A stretch of DNA of 64,000 bases. It comes from Candidatus Woesebacteria bacterium GW2011_GWB1_33_38 (lineage in GTDB: Bacteria; Patescibacteriota; Microgenomatia; UBA8517). Each line of letters begins with the position of its first letter. Positions within the stretch are counted from its first letter, which is position 1. The stretch spans positions 33,615 to 97,614 of the forward strand of contig LBPF01000006.1 of NCBI GenBank assembly GCA_000990005.1. Direction: 5' to 3'. Shown here piece after piece: positions 46,445 to 56,040 of this stretch. The position numbers and the translations under genes are program-made. A model generated the notes under the pieces. That model was not told the DNA's origin and made no database searches. It saw nothing but the letters and a program-made list of their open reading frames with translations.

Positions 46445-46674
46445 AATTCATGTATTATCTCACGACCAAACCCGGATTTAAAGAATCTTTCTAAATTTCT
46501 CGCCTCAAACCTATTTTTTGTTAATTCTACGTGAACTAATTGAAATGGAAGTTTATTTTTTGTAGTTCGGACGTTACCGACTTCGTGATCTTTTAGTCTT
46601 TTATTTAAGTCTTGTGTTTGACCTTTATAAAAAGCTTTATTATTTAATTTTAATATGTAGTTATAGTACATTAT
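46399..46674 (-). CDS. GIY-YIG nuclease-family protein (UPF0213/YhbQ-like); 3' end reads 46 nt into tRNA-Leu
   Basis: MYYNYILKLNNKAFYKGQTQDLNKRLKDHE…ARNLERFFKSGFGREII; the listed ORF is trimmed because its first 39 codons derive from a tRNA-fragment copy. Confidence 0.65.
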   Translation of the reverse strand: MMYYNYILKLNNKAFYKGQTQDLNKRLKDHEVGNVRTTKNKLPFQLVHVELTKNRFEARNLERFFKSGFGREIIHELAGWRNGRRTGLKNL

Positions 46675-46680
46675 GTCTGC

Positions 46681-46722
46681 CATTCCCTGCCTGCCGGCAG
46701 GCAGGCGCCACCCAGCCAATGA
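46681..46722. repeat. Duplicated 5' segment of tRNA-Leu (positions 1-23) interrupted by the GC-rich palindrome CCTGCCTGCCGGCAGGCAGG
   Basis: GTCTGCCATTCC[…]GCCACCCAGCCAAT versus the tRNA 5' end GTCTGCCATTCCGCCACCCAGCCAAT at 46423-46448. Confidence 0.8.
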
Positions 46723-46825
46723 CAGTATTTTACCACGTAGTGGCAAGCTGTGTTTATCATTTTTGTTTGCATTTATACTAGAAAGATTCAATTGACAAAA
46801 AAGTTAAAGAAATTAATATAAACAT

Positions 46826-46981
46826 ATGGGATTTAGATATGTTTGTGATATTTGTAATAAAGAGGCCAAAGAACATATTTCTGTAGGACGAAGCAACACT
46901 TTATTTTGTAAAAAATGTTGGATGGATAAAAAGAATTGGGAAAAAATTCATAAAGATGCAGTGAAAAACTCCAAATATTAG
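46826..46981 (+). CDS. Small zinc-ribbon protein (51 aa, CxxC…CxxC), not in ORF track
   Basis: MGFRYVCDICNKEAKEHISVGRSNTLFCKKCWMDKKNW…; TTGACA / TATAAA promoter-like hexamers upstream. Confidence 0.4.
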   Translation: MGFRYVCDICNKEAKEHISVGRSNTLFCKKCWMDKKNWEKIHKDAVKNSKY

Positions 46982-46998
46982 GTTATAATATCCACAAC

Positions 46999-47568
46999 AT
47001 GGCAAATGTTAATGCAACTGATTTAAGAGCTGGGATTGCCTTTTTGTATGAAGGTAAGCCTTTTAAAGTTACCAAATATAATCTAATTAAAATGGGTAGG
47101 GGAGGAGCAACCGTTAGAGTTAATTGTATTAATCTTGAAAATGGAGCCAATATTGAACATGCATTTTCAAGTAATTTAAGTTTTGAAAAGATAGAACTTC
47201 AAAAGAAAAGTTTGCAATTTTTATATAAAGATACTAAAGTCGCTACCTTCATGGATTCTAGATCATATGACCAAGTTGAAGTCCCACTAGCAATACTTGG
47301 ATCAGATATATTTTATGTCAAAGAGGGAGAAGAGGTTAATATTCTCTTTTGGTCTGACAGGGCCATGTCTGTTGACCTTCCCCCTAAGGTAACCTTAAAA
47401 GTTATTGATTGCGATCCTGGTGTAAAAGGAAACTCTGCCAGTAATTTTTTAAAATCAGCAAAATTGGAAAATGGACTTGATGTTAAGGTTCCGCTGTTTA
47501 TAGAAATAGGAGAGAAAATTAGAGTGGACACAAGAAGTGGAGAATATGTAGAGCGTGCAAAGGACTAG
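46999..47568 (+). CDS. efp: Elongation factor P
   Basis: Full-length EF-P with the KPGKG-loop region. Confidence 0.9.
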   Translation: MANVNATDLRAGIAFLYEGKPFKVTKYNLIKMGRGGATVRVNCINLENGANIEHAFSSNLSFEKIELQKKSLQFLYKDTKVATFMDSRSYDQVEVPLAILGSDIFYVKEGEEVNILFWSDRAMSVDLPPKVTLKVIDCDPGVKGNSASNFLKSAKLENGLDVKVPLFIEIGEKIRVDTRSGEYVERAKD

Positions 47569-48026
47569 TTAAAAATCCAAAACAAAGAAGCAACAACAAC
47601 ACATATCTGAGTTACAATTCCCCAAAACGGTTTGATTTCAATTTGAATTTTTCTTTCAAAATCTACCCATTTTTTAATTAATCCAAATCTTATATTATAA
47701 AAAAAGTAGGGAATTTTAATTTGATCAGGAAGTACTGATAAAGTTGAACAAACAAGGATAAGAAATGACTTATTAACATCGGGCATAAATTTATATGCCA
47801 AAAACAAAGTAAGAGCGATTGCAATCACCTCATCCGCAATTGCAATATAAGTACTTATTTTTTTAGGTTGTCCAAATTTTTGAGTTTCTGAATAAAAATG
47901 AGGATTCCAGTGGGGGACCTTGTCAAGTAAAAAATGACTTGCAAGAGATAATGGTATTGCGACCCAAGGATTTCCTGATTTGACTGCAATTGCAATCCCT
48001 AGTGCCACGTGTGGTGTTTCTAACAT
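47565..48026 (-). CDS. Membrane protein, possibly YdjM-like membrane-bound metal-dependent hydrolase
   Basis: His-rich hydrophobic N-terminus (H…HFLLDKVPHWNPH). Confidence 0.4.
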   Translation of the reverse strand: MLETPHVALGIAIAVKSGNPWVAIPLSLASHFLLDKVPHWNPHFYSETQKFGQPKKISTYIAIADEVIAIALTLFLAYKFMPDVNKSFLILVCSTLSVLPDQIKIPYFFYNIRFGLIKKWVDFERKIQIEIKPFWGIVTQICVVVASLFWIFN

Positions 48027-48619
48027 GCAAGCTATATGATATTATCTTTACGATGTTAATTGCAAATATTTTAGGAATTTTTGTCTTTTTCTATTTGTAC
48101 TGGAAGAGGTTGAAGGAAGATTATTCAAGTGAAAGAATTTTTAATGCAGGTTTTATTATAATTATTGGAGCTTGTCTTGGCTTAATTGTTGCTAAATATA
48201 ACTTTCCAAGTTTCTGGCTTTGGATAATTATTTTGTCGTTTTTAATCTCTGAAGGAATAATAGTTATCAAGCTCAAATTGAAATTCTTTGAAAGTCTTGA
48301 TGCTTTGGTTATTTCAATCTTACCTTGGTTATCCTTTTTTTATTTAACAGATTCAGTAGTTAACACAAGTCTTGCCTCATTTTTAATTTTTTGGGTTAGT
48401 TTAACTTGTATATTTATGTTTTTTCTGTTTGATCATTTCTATAGAACCTTTACTTGGTATAAATCTGGTAGGGTAGGTTTTTCTGGGCTTGCTACTTTGG
48501 GGATATTTTTTTTGATAAAGATATTGTTTCCCTCATTGTTCGTTGAAAAAATTATTTCTGGGACTATTGCTTTTATTAGTTTTTTGTTATTATTTAACCT
48601 GTCAAGACAAGATGGCTAA
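47990..48619 (+). CDS. Hypothetical polytopic membrane protein
   Basis: ORF only, six hydrophobic segments. Confidence 0.45.
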   Translation: MQSLVPRVVFLTCKLYDIIFTMLIANILGIFVFFYLYWKRLKEDYSSERIFNAGFIIIIGACLGLIVAKYNFPSFWLWIIILSFLISEGIIVIKLKLKFFESLDALVISILPWLSFFYLTDSVVNTSLASFLIFWVSLTCIFMFFLFDHFYRTFTWYKSGRVGFSGLATLGIFFLIKILFPSLFVEKIISGTIAFISFLLLFNLSRQDG

Positions 48620-48983
48620 ACAACTTACATTTCCAACTAATTTATTAAAACCAGTGGGCGACTTTTTAAAGGCTAGACTTGCTTCTTTAAAAATAAACAA
48701 AAAGAAAATTTCATCCGAAGATCCATTCAATGATAAAACAAGAGATCTTGATAATGCTGCAACTGATACAGAAGCTGAAGAACAATTTGGCCATGCACGA
48801 GTGACGGCTATTAAAGAAGAACTTAATAGAAAGTCAGCTCAAATTAAAAAAGCTCTTGCAAGAGTTAAGATTGGTAAATATGGAATTTGTGAAGATTGTG
48901 GAAAAATGATTGATACAGACCGTTTAGCAGTTTTTCCTGAGGCTACAATGTGCATAAATTGTGAGAAGAAAAGAGAAAAGTAA
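48612..48983 (+). CDS. DksA/TraR-family C4 zinc-finger protein
   Basis: CEDCGKMIDTDRLAVFPEATMCINCE. Confidence 0.7.
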   Translation: MAKQLTFPTNLLKPVGDFLKARLASLKINKKKISSEDPFNDKTRDLDNAATDTEAEEQFGHARVTAIKEELNRKSAQIKKALARVKIGKYGICEDCGKMIDTDRLAVFPEATMCINCEKKREK

Positions 48984-49001
48984 ATATAGTATAATTTCTT
49001 C

Positions 49002-49973
49002 ATGGCTTTTTTTCAGGTTTTATCTTTGATATTTTTTTCATTAGTATTGATCAAGGCTGCTGAGTGGGTAATACTATCTTTAAGAAGAATTGCTAGAAAA
49101 AGTAAAATTGGAGTTTTTGCAATTTCAGCAGTTATCTTGGCTGTTGGAACATCACTCCCTGAACTATTTGTAAGTATTACCTCTGCAATTGAAGGTACAC
49201 CCAACATTGCTCTTGGTGTTGTTTTAGGTAGTAACATTGCAAATACGGCTCTAATAACTGGGATGGTAGCTTTGATCTTAGGCAAAATTAATGTTCACGG
49301 AGAATATCTTAAAAGGGACGTATTCATGGCTCTTGTTGCCGGATTATTACCCCTTGCTTTAATGGCTGATGGGATATTGGGTAGAGTTGATGGTCTGGTT
49401 TTACTTTTTGTATATGCTTCCTATACTGCTAGTTTTTTTAAAGATAAGATTAATGAAATAACCAATGAACATAGTAGTGAAAGTTTTTTTTATAAGTTCT
49501 TTAGAGAAATAAACCATATCGATTTTGATATAAGTAAAGAGTACGGAAAACTGTTTTTAAGCCTTGCTTTAATGCTTTTTTCTTCCCAGGTGATAATTTC
49601 TACTTCTGAAAAACTATCAATTTTAATGGGAATACCAGTTTTTGTGGTTAGTTTAACTATTTTAGCTATTGGCACATCACTACCTGAACTTGTTTTTTCT
49701 TTAAGAAGTATTAAGGGGGGAGAGCCAAAAATGTTTTTTGGAAATTTGTTGGGTTCAACAATTGCAAATTCAACTTTAATAGTAGGTTTGGCTGCAGTTA
49801 TCAGCCCAATTACTATAGTATCTTTTGGAGATTATAGAAATGCCATTATTGCATTTATAACCATTTTTATTACTTTTTGGTTCTTTATTCGTAGTAAGCA
49901 TAGGTTGGACAGATTTGAAGCTTTAATTTTAGTTTTGATGTATATTATTTTTATAATTTTAGAAATTACTTAA
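49002..49973 (+). CDS. Ca2+/cation antiporter (CaCA family)
   Basis: Duplicated alpha repeats GTSLPELFVS / GTSLPELVFS. Confidence 0.8.
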   Translation: MAFFQVLSLIFFSLVLIKAAEWVILSLRRIARKSKIGVFAISAVILAVGTSLPELFVSITSAIEGTPNIALGVVLGSNIANTALITGMVALILGKINVHGEYLKRDVFMALVAGLLPLALMADGILGRVDGLVLLFVYASYTASFFKDKINEITNEHSSESFFYKFFREINHIDFDISKEYGKLFLSLALMLFSSQVIISTSEKLSILMGIPVFVVSLTILAIGTSLPELVFSLRSIKGGEPKMFFGNLLGSTIANSTLIVGLAAVISPITIVSFGDYRNAIIAFITIFITFWFFIRSKHRLDRFEALILVLMYIIFIILEIT

Positions 49974-49975
49974 AT

Positions 49976-50689
49976 ATGCAAAATCCAAAAATAATTTTTG
50001 AGGACGATAGTCTTTTTGTCCTTGAAAAACCCGCCGGATGGATATCCAACGATGCTGATACAACAACAAATCAGCCAGTTATCCAGAAATGGGTTAGAGA
50101 TAATTTTGAATATCCTCTAAAGGAAAATCGTGAGTTAAGAGATGGAATAGTTCATAGGTTGGATAAAGAAACATCGGGAATACTGCTCGTTGCTAAGACC
50201 CAGTTAGCATTTGAGGACCTTCAGAGACAATTTAAAGAGAGACTTATTAGTAAAACATACATTGCCTTAGTTCATGGTCACGTTAAAGGAAGTGGAGAAA
50301 TAAACGCAGAAGTTGGTAGACTTCCTTGGAGACGTGATCGTTTTGGAGTACTTCCTGGTGGTAGGAAAGCAGTTACAAGATATAAAGTGATTGGATATAG
50401 AGTGAATAGTAATAACGAAAAATATACTCTTCTTGAAATTAAACCTGAAACAGGTAGAACTCATCAAATCAGAATCCACTTAAAACATATTGGTTTTCCA
50501 ATTGTAGCCGATGAATTTTATGCGGGCAGAAAAACAGCTAGAAATGATAGAAAATGGTGTAGCAGACTTTTTTTACATGCAGGTGGAATATCTTTTAATC
50601 ATCCAAAAACTCAAAAAAAAATAAATTTTGAAATAGACTTACCACAAGATCTTCGTGAAACCCTAGCAAAGTTATCTAAATTAACATAA
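49976..50689 (+). CDS. RluA-family pseudouridine synthase
   Basis: HRLDKETSGILLVAK catalytic Asp motif. Confidence 0.8.
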   Translation: MQNPKIIFEDDSLFVLEKPAGWISNDADTTTNQPVIQKWVRDNFEYPLKENRELRDGIVHRLDKETSGILLVAKTQLAFEDLQRQFKERLISKTYIALVHGHVKGSGEINAEVGRLPWRRDRFGVLPGGRKAVTRYKVIGYRVNSNNEKYTLLEIKPETGRTHQIRIHLKHIGFPIVADEFYAGRKTARNDRKWCSRLFLHAGGISFNHPKTQKKINFEIDLPQDLRETLAKLSKLT

Positions 50690-50703
50690 GATTAATATTA
50701 GAA

Positions 50704-52377
50704 ATGGAAAATTCTTTCACGCTAGGACTTTTTTTAGTTACTGTTTTTGCACTTTTAGGTGGTTATGTTGCAAAAAAACTTAAAGCTCCAGCAATTGTCG
50801 GATATATTTTAGCCGGAGTAGTTGCGGGTGCAATTTTTCCAATTGAGAACTATGGTTTAGAAAAATTGGCTGAACTAGGTTCTATACTACTTTTGTTCTC
50901 AATAGGATTAGAGTTTTCAATTAATAAATTTAAAGGTTTATTAAAGAGAATTTTCGCCGCATCTATCTTACAAATGGTAATTGTTACGATAGTTTTATAT
51001 TTTCTACTAAAACTTTTTGGAGTTGATAATATATCATCACTGGTTTTATCAATTGGCTTTTCAATGTCGTCTACAGCTGTAATTATTAAGATGCTCTTTG
51101 ACAGGGGTGAAAGTGATAGTGTTCATGGAAAACTAATGGTAGGCTGGCTTCTTATTCAAGACTTGTCCGTTATTCCGGTAATGATTTTATTACCCCTTTT
51201 AATTGGTGGCGAAGAAGCAATTCTTCTACCTGGAATTTTAGCCTTTGCAAAGTCAGTTCTTTTAATTTTTGTAGCCGTTATTTTGGGTAAGAATGTAGTC
51301 CCTTTTATTATTCATAAAATAGCAGTACTTAATTCAAGAGAACTTTTACTTTTAACCTCTGTTTCATTAGCAGTTGGAACTGCTATGTTAGCAACTTTTT
51401 TTGGAATTTCGCCAGCATTGGGCGCTTTTATAGCGGGCTTTGTAATCTCTGAATCACAAGAAAATCATGCTGTTTTTGCTGAAACAAGACCACTTAAAAA
51501 CTTATTTGTTGCCCTGTTTTTTGTGACATTGGGATTTTTTGTTACACCTCAAGTGGTTTTTGAGAATTTGGGGATGATCATTGCAATATCAATTCTTATT
51601 ATTTTAGTTAAGTTTGTTGTAATTCTATTTATTAATTATATTTTCAAATTTAATGGTAAAACTATGATACTAACTGCCTTGGGACTTTCTCAAGTAGGAG
51701 AGTTTGCATTTATAATTTTTGGATCCAGTGCATTACTAAATTTAATTTCAAAAGAAACTTCTTCAATGGGAGTAGCGGTTGGTTTAGTTACCCTTTTACT
51801 TTCTCCGCTCATCTATGCCAACGCATTTAAATTATGGCGATTTTTAAAGAACAGATTTAAAGTATTTTCGTCTCTTGAAAGAAATTCAAATACTGAAAAT
51901 GATCTTAAAGATCACATCATCATTTTAGGTTTTGGTAGAGTGGGGGGTTGGGTAGGTAAGGCATTAAGTGATAATGGGATTGGTTTTATAGTTGTTGATT
52001 ACGATCAAGAAACAGTTGCAAGCTGTTTACAAAAAGGAATTAAAGCAATTTATGGAGATCCTGTTGAAAAAGAAGTTCTAGAAATGGCTAATGTAGCATC
52101 TGCTAAAGCAGTTATTATTGCAATACCAGATAGAATCTCTCAGGAATCAATTATTACTCATGTTCAAAACTTAGCTCCAAATGCAAAGATTATTTCAAGA
52201 GTTCATTTAGATGAAGACTGGGAAAAATTAAAACTTCTAAGGGTAGATAAATTAGTCCAACCAGAATTTGAAGCGGCTACCTCAATAATTAAAAATATTT
52301 TGAGTAGTATGGGCAAGAGTAAAGAGGAAGTTAACAAAAATATTAAAAGTGTAAGGCTCTCTCATGCGAAGATCTAG
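50704..52377 (+). CDS. Monovalent cation:proton antiporter (CPA2/Kef-type) with C-terminal RCK/TrkA-N domain
   Basis: Twelve transmembrane segments plus Rossmann GFGRVGG. Confidence 0.8.
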   Translation: MENSFTLGLFLVTVFALLGGYVAKKLKAPAIVGYILAGVVAGAIFPIENYGLEKLAELGSILLLFSIGLEFSINKFKGLLKRIFAASILQMVIVTIVLYFLLKLFGVDNISSLVLSIGFSMSSTAVIIKMLFDRGESDSVHGKLMVGWLLIQDLSVIPVMILLPLLIGGEEAILLPGILAFAKSVLLIFVAVILGKNVVPFIIHKIAVLNSRELLLLTSVSLAVGTAMLATFFGISPALGAFIAGFVISESQENHAVFAETRPLKNLFVALFFVTLGFFVTPQVVFENLGMIIAISILIILVKFVVILFINYIFKFNGKTMILTALGLSQVGEFAFIIFGSSALLNLISKETSSMGVAVGLVTLLLSPLIYANAFKLWRFLKNRFKVFSSLERNSNTENDLKDHIIILGFGRVGGWVGKALSDNGIGFIVVDYDQETVASCLQKGIKAIYGDPVEKEVLEMANVASAKAVIIAIPDRISQESIITHVQNLAPNAKIISRVHLDEDWEKLKLLRVDKLVQPEFEAATSIIKNILSSMGKSKEEVNKNIKSVRLSHAKI

Positions 52378-53146
52378 ATATTTAAAACATAAATCAAAAA
52401 ATACAAAATTTAAGCCATATAAATTGGTTGTAGTTTCTATATTTATTTTTTTAATAGTAATTTTTTGCTTCATAAGTTACAAAGTTTCTTCTCTTGAGAA
52501 ATTTAGTTATGTAAACAATAAAGATGGAAACGCCGAAATAATCGTTGTGGATCCTCAAAAAGACAAGATTGTAAAAATACTAATAGATAAGGATTTTCAA
52601 CTTGAGTCGTCTAGAAGTTTAGGTGAATATAGATTGTCAAGTCTTTGGGTGCTTGGTCAAAAAGAAAAGTATAAGGGGAAGCTTGTATCTGAATCAATTG
52701 TTAAAAACTTCGGTATCCCAATTTATCTTTGGAAAGACGGTGATTTAACAAACTTAAATTTATACCAGAGAGTAAAAGTTTTACTGTTAAATACAAGAAA
52801 TTATAACGATGATTATTTACTAAACTCGAAAACTCCTAAAGACTCAATTCTTATTAATTTTGTCCATCCTTACGTAGCTTTAAATTTACCAAAAATGAGA
52901 ATAGAGGATTTAACAGGCAAAAAAGGTGTTACAGAAACGGTTTCGAAAATTTTAGAGACTGTAGGTTTTAAGACTGTTGATTATTCAAGGGGGTACGACG
53001 ATAAACTGGACTGTGAAGTGGTTGGTAAAAATAAAAAATACAATGATATTGTATCTAAAATCTTTGATTGTACTAATATCTTAGACTTAAATTTGTATAT
53101 CGATTTAAAGATCCGAATCGGAAAAAGTTTCAGTGATAGATTCTAA
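52364..53146 (+). CDS. Hypothetical membrane-anchored protein
   Basis: ORF only, single N-terminal transmembrane segment. Confidence 0.4.
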   Translation: MRRSRYLKHKSKNTKFKPYKLVVVSIFIFLIVIFCFISYKVSSLEKFSYVNNKDGNAEIIVVDPQKDKIVKILIDKDFQLESSRSLGEYRLSSLWVLGQKEKYKGKLVSESIVKNFGIPIYLWKDGDLTNLNLYQRVKVLLLNTRNYNDDYLLNSKTPKDSILINFVHPYVALNLPKMRIEDLTGKKGVTETVSKILETVGFKTVDYSRGYDDKLDCEVVGKNKKYNDIVSKIFDCTNILDLNLYIDLKIRIGKSFSDRF

Positions 53147-53755
53147 AGATTCTCGTGGAAAAGATTGAACATTTTTAAATTCCTCGCCTCGACGCGCTTC
53201 CTTGATTAAAACTTTAACGTCTTTACCTTCAACAGATTTTACATAAGCCTTGTATTCGTTCCCCCCCTTAATTAGATTTCTTAATTTTGCCGAAAGATCA
53301 TCTGGAAGTCTTCCTATATACCTTCCTTCGCAATCTATTAATGACACCTTGTGGGTATGGGTGGTTAGAATAACTTCATCACCTGAATTAAGACAGGCGC
53401 AGGTAGAACTTGAGCCAACATTAATTAGGTTGATTAGTTTTGTTTTACCTGGCTCTTCAATAAAAATTGATGTATCAATATTCTTCGTATGGTTAATCTT
53501 TTTAACTTTTGACTGTTTGTATTTTTTTACAGCTTTTAGAGCAATGTTATTAGTGGAATCTATTTTTAGTACATTGAGAGAAGTCTTTTTAGCTTTAGTC
53601 AAATCGCCGTTTTCATAATATGACCTTGATAATCTATTTAAAGTATCAATGTCACTTGGATTTATTTTTAGAATTTTTAAATTTGTTTTGATGGCTTCAG
53701 ACCAATCACATTTTAAGGCTAAGTTAATTGCTTTTTGGGTCAGTGTATCATCCAT
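53105..53755 (-). CDS. TPR-repeat protein
   Basis: N-terminal TPR-like repeats. Confidence 0.45.
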   Translation of the reverse strand: MDDTLTQKAINLALKCDWSEAIKTNLKILKINPSDIDTLNRLSRSYYENGDLTKAKKTSLNVLKIDSTNNIALKAVKKYKQSKVKKINHTKNIDTSIFIEEPGKTKLINLINVGSSSTCACLNSGDEVILTTHTHKVSLIDCEGRYIGRLPDDLSAKLRNLIKGGNEYKAYVKSVEGKDVKVLIKEARRGEEFKNVQSFPRESLESITETFSDSDL

Positions 53756-53784
53756 AAATTTTTATAGTATAATTGACATATAGT

Positions 53785-54495
53785 ATGTCAGGACACTCAC
53801 ATTTTGCAACCATTAAAAGACAGAAAGGTTTAAAGGATGCAGCCAAAAGCAATATTTTTGGCAAACTTTCCAAAATGATTACTATTGCAGTTAAGTCTGG
53901 TGGAGGTCCAAATCCTGATATGAACTTCAAATTAAGAGTAGCTATTGATAAAGCCAGAGAAAGTAATATGCCTAAGGAGAATATTGATAGAATTCTAAAA
54001 AGTGCTTCAGAGAAAGCTAATAATTATGAAGAAATAAGATACGAAGGTTTTGGGCCTTTTGGCATTGCGGTAATTGTTGATTGTGCAACAGACAATAAAA
54101 ACAGAACTGCACAAGAATTAAAAAATTTGTTTGAAAAGGGTGGGGGATCATTAGGAGGGCCCAACTCGGTTGCTTACAATTTTACCGACAAGGGATTTTT
54201 GTTGGTTGAAAAAAATAACGACGTAGAAACACAGACATTATCCCTAATTGATTTAGGGGTCGAAGATATACAGGAAAGAGAAGATGGTCTAGAAGTCTTT
54301 GTAGCACCAGACCATTTGAAAGAAATAAGTGAAAAAGTTTCCAATATCGGTTTTAAGATTCTAAAAACTGAGCTAACTATGGTTCCAAAAACATACGCTG
54401 ATATTACTGATGACAACCAAATCGCTAAAATAACAAATTTTTTAGTAAGTTTCGATGATCATGAAGATGTCCAAAGAGTTTATTCCAACGTTTAG
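53785..54495 (+). CDS. yebC: YebC/PmpR-family transcriptional regulatory protein
   Basis: MSGHSHFATIKRQKG… canonical N-terminus. Confidence 0.85.
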   Translation: MSGHSHFATIKRQKGLKDAAKSNIFGKLSKMITIAVKSGGGPNPDMNFKLRVAIDKARESNMPKENIDRILKSASEKANNYEEIRYEGFGPFGIAVIVDCATDNKNRTAQELKNLFEKGGGSLGGPNSVAYNFTDKGFLLVEKNNDVETQTLSLIDLGVEDIQEREDGLEVFVAPDHLKEISEKVSNIGFKILKTELTMVPKTYADITDDNQIAKITNFLVSFDDHEDVQRVYSNV

Positions 54496-54498
54496 AAT

Positions 54499-55272
54499 AT
54501 GTCTAAAAAACTTCGTTTCTTAATTAGTTCAATAATCTTATCAGCTGGTTTTGTATTGGTACAGTTTCTTGAAGGAAAATTTAAATTTCCTGCTGTCTCA
54601 CTTTTAGTTATTTTGACGGGTGCATTTTCTGCTTGGTCATTTCATGAAGGTTTAGGTAAAAATATGACTTGGGTTTCACTTATTTTGCCCATGCTATTTA
54701 CACTTAGCATTGGACTTTTTTGGTTTTTATTACCGACTAATATTTTTACGAGAATCCCCATTGTTATTTTTTTTGGCCTAGGTGTATATGTGCTTTTTTC
54801 GACGATGAATATATATACAGTGTCTTCATCTTTAAGAACAATTGGTCTTTTAAGAGCAGCAAGGGGTGTTGGATTTGTCCTGACGCTTATAATTAGTTTT
54901 TTAATTTTTGATGCTATTTTTTCAATTAAACAATCAGTTTTTATAAATGCTCCACTAAGTTTTGTCTTATCTTTTCTTCTCTTCATCCAAGGATTTTGGT
55001 CAATTAACTTAGAGAAAACGCTTGAAAAGAATATCTTAGTTTTGTCTTTGACCTCAGGTCTTATAATTTCAGAACTTGTAGTGTTAATTTTCTTCTGGCC
55101 AGTAACAGTTGTTGTAGGATCACTTTTTTTAACCAGTGGGGTATACCTCTTGCTTGGGTTAGGTCAAGCTAAACTTGAAGATAGATTATTTCCATCAATC
55201 ACTAGAGAGTACTTAACATTAGGATTGATTGTGCTTATTGGTATGTTTTTTGCCACTAGATGGGGCGGGTAG
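54499..55272 (+). CDS. Hypothetical polytopic membrane protein
   Basis: ORF only. Confidence 0.45.
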   Translation: MSKKLRFLISSIILSAGFVLVQFLEGKFKFPAVSLLVILTGAFSAWSFHEGLGKNMTWVSLILPMLFTLSIGLFWFLLPTNIFTRIPIVIFFGLGVYVLFSTMNIYTVSSSLRTIGLLRAARGVGFVLTLIISFLIFDAIFSIKQSVFINAPLSFVLSFLLFIQGFWSINLEKTLEKNILVLSLTSGLIISELVVLIFFWPVTVVVGSLFLTSGVYLLLGLGQAKLEDRLFPSITREYLTLGLIVLIGMFFATRWGG

Positions 55273-56040
55273 TGGGGAAGTGGGGTATTAAACCCCTATA
55301 ATATTATAGGGTGTTTTCACGGGAGTGATTGTAATTTTCACGGATGATATAGTTTGATACACAATGTGGATAAGTCAAATGGCTAGCTACAGGTGACTAG
55401 ATGTTAATAACAAGAATAATAACAACAAAATACTTCACCCAATATTCTTAAGTACGGCATGTGTAGTTCTCTTAACTATTAACTGTTAATTATTAACTTT
55501 AATATCATGTCGTACAATAATACTTTTACGACGTATAGTAAATTGTTGAGTGTAGTGTAGTAAATTAATTAATAATTAAAAGTTAAGAATTAATAATTAT
55601 TTTTATGATACTGCAATAAGGTTTTTCTTGCTGTTTTACTGCTATATATGTCTTACTACTAGTGTCTAATTTCTAGCTTCTAGTTACTTATCCAACTCCC
55701 CTAAATTTTATAAAACAGAGAAGTGTCTAGTTAGCCCTAGGGTTTACGTCTTTTATCCCTGAGGCCTTTTAAAATCGATTTGGTGAGGTCATATTTGTGG
55801 CCAATTTCTAATTTCTAATTACTCTAATTATTCTAAATTTTTTCACTATAGAGCAAATATTTAAAGTAAAAATCAATAATTAATTTTTAAATGTAAATTA
55901 AGTCTATTTCTGTCAATACTATTTGTTAACTATTAATTCTTAATTTTTAATTCCCAGCGGGGGACTCTCCCCTATTTTCCCATCTCTCGTGAAAATCGTG
56001 AAAATTTTGACAATTTAATTATTTTCTGTATTATCCAAAC
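55273..56040. repeat. 770-bp ORF-free AT-rich region dense in short direct and inverted repeats
   Basis: TTTTCACGG x2 at the left edge and its inverse CGTGAAAAT x2 at the right edge; AATTTCTA tandem motifs; the ATGTCGTACAAT motif recurs at 56645. Confidence 0.6.
55282..55318 (+). terminator. Terminator-like structure: GGGGT-ATTAA-ACCCC, then the perfect palindrome CCCTATAAT|ATTATAGGG, then a T-run
   Basis: Seen directly after the stop of 54499..55272. Confidence 0.45.

Noticed and set aside
46399-46791. Full 130-aa extent of the listed minus-strand ORF
   Set aside because: Its N-terminal 39 codons translate the tRNA-fragment copy and the GC palindrome. The true GIY-YIG gene starts at MYYNY (or MADIM).
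55273-56040. CRISPR array in the repeat-rich AT region
   Set aside because: The repeats are short (8-12 bp), irregularly spaced and of mixed orientation. There are no regularly spaced direct repeats of 24-48 bp and no cas genes.
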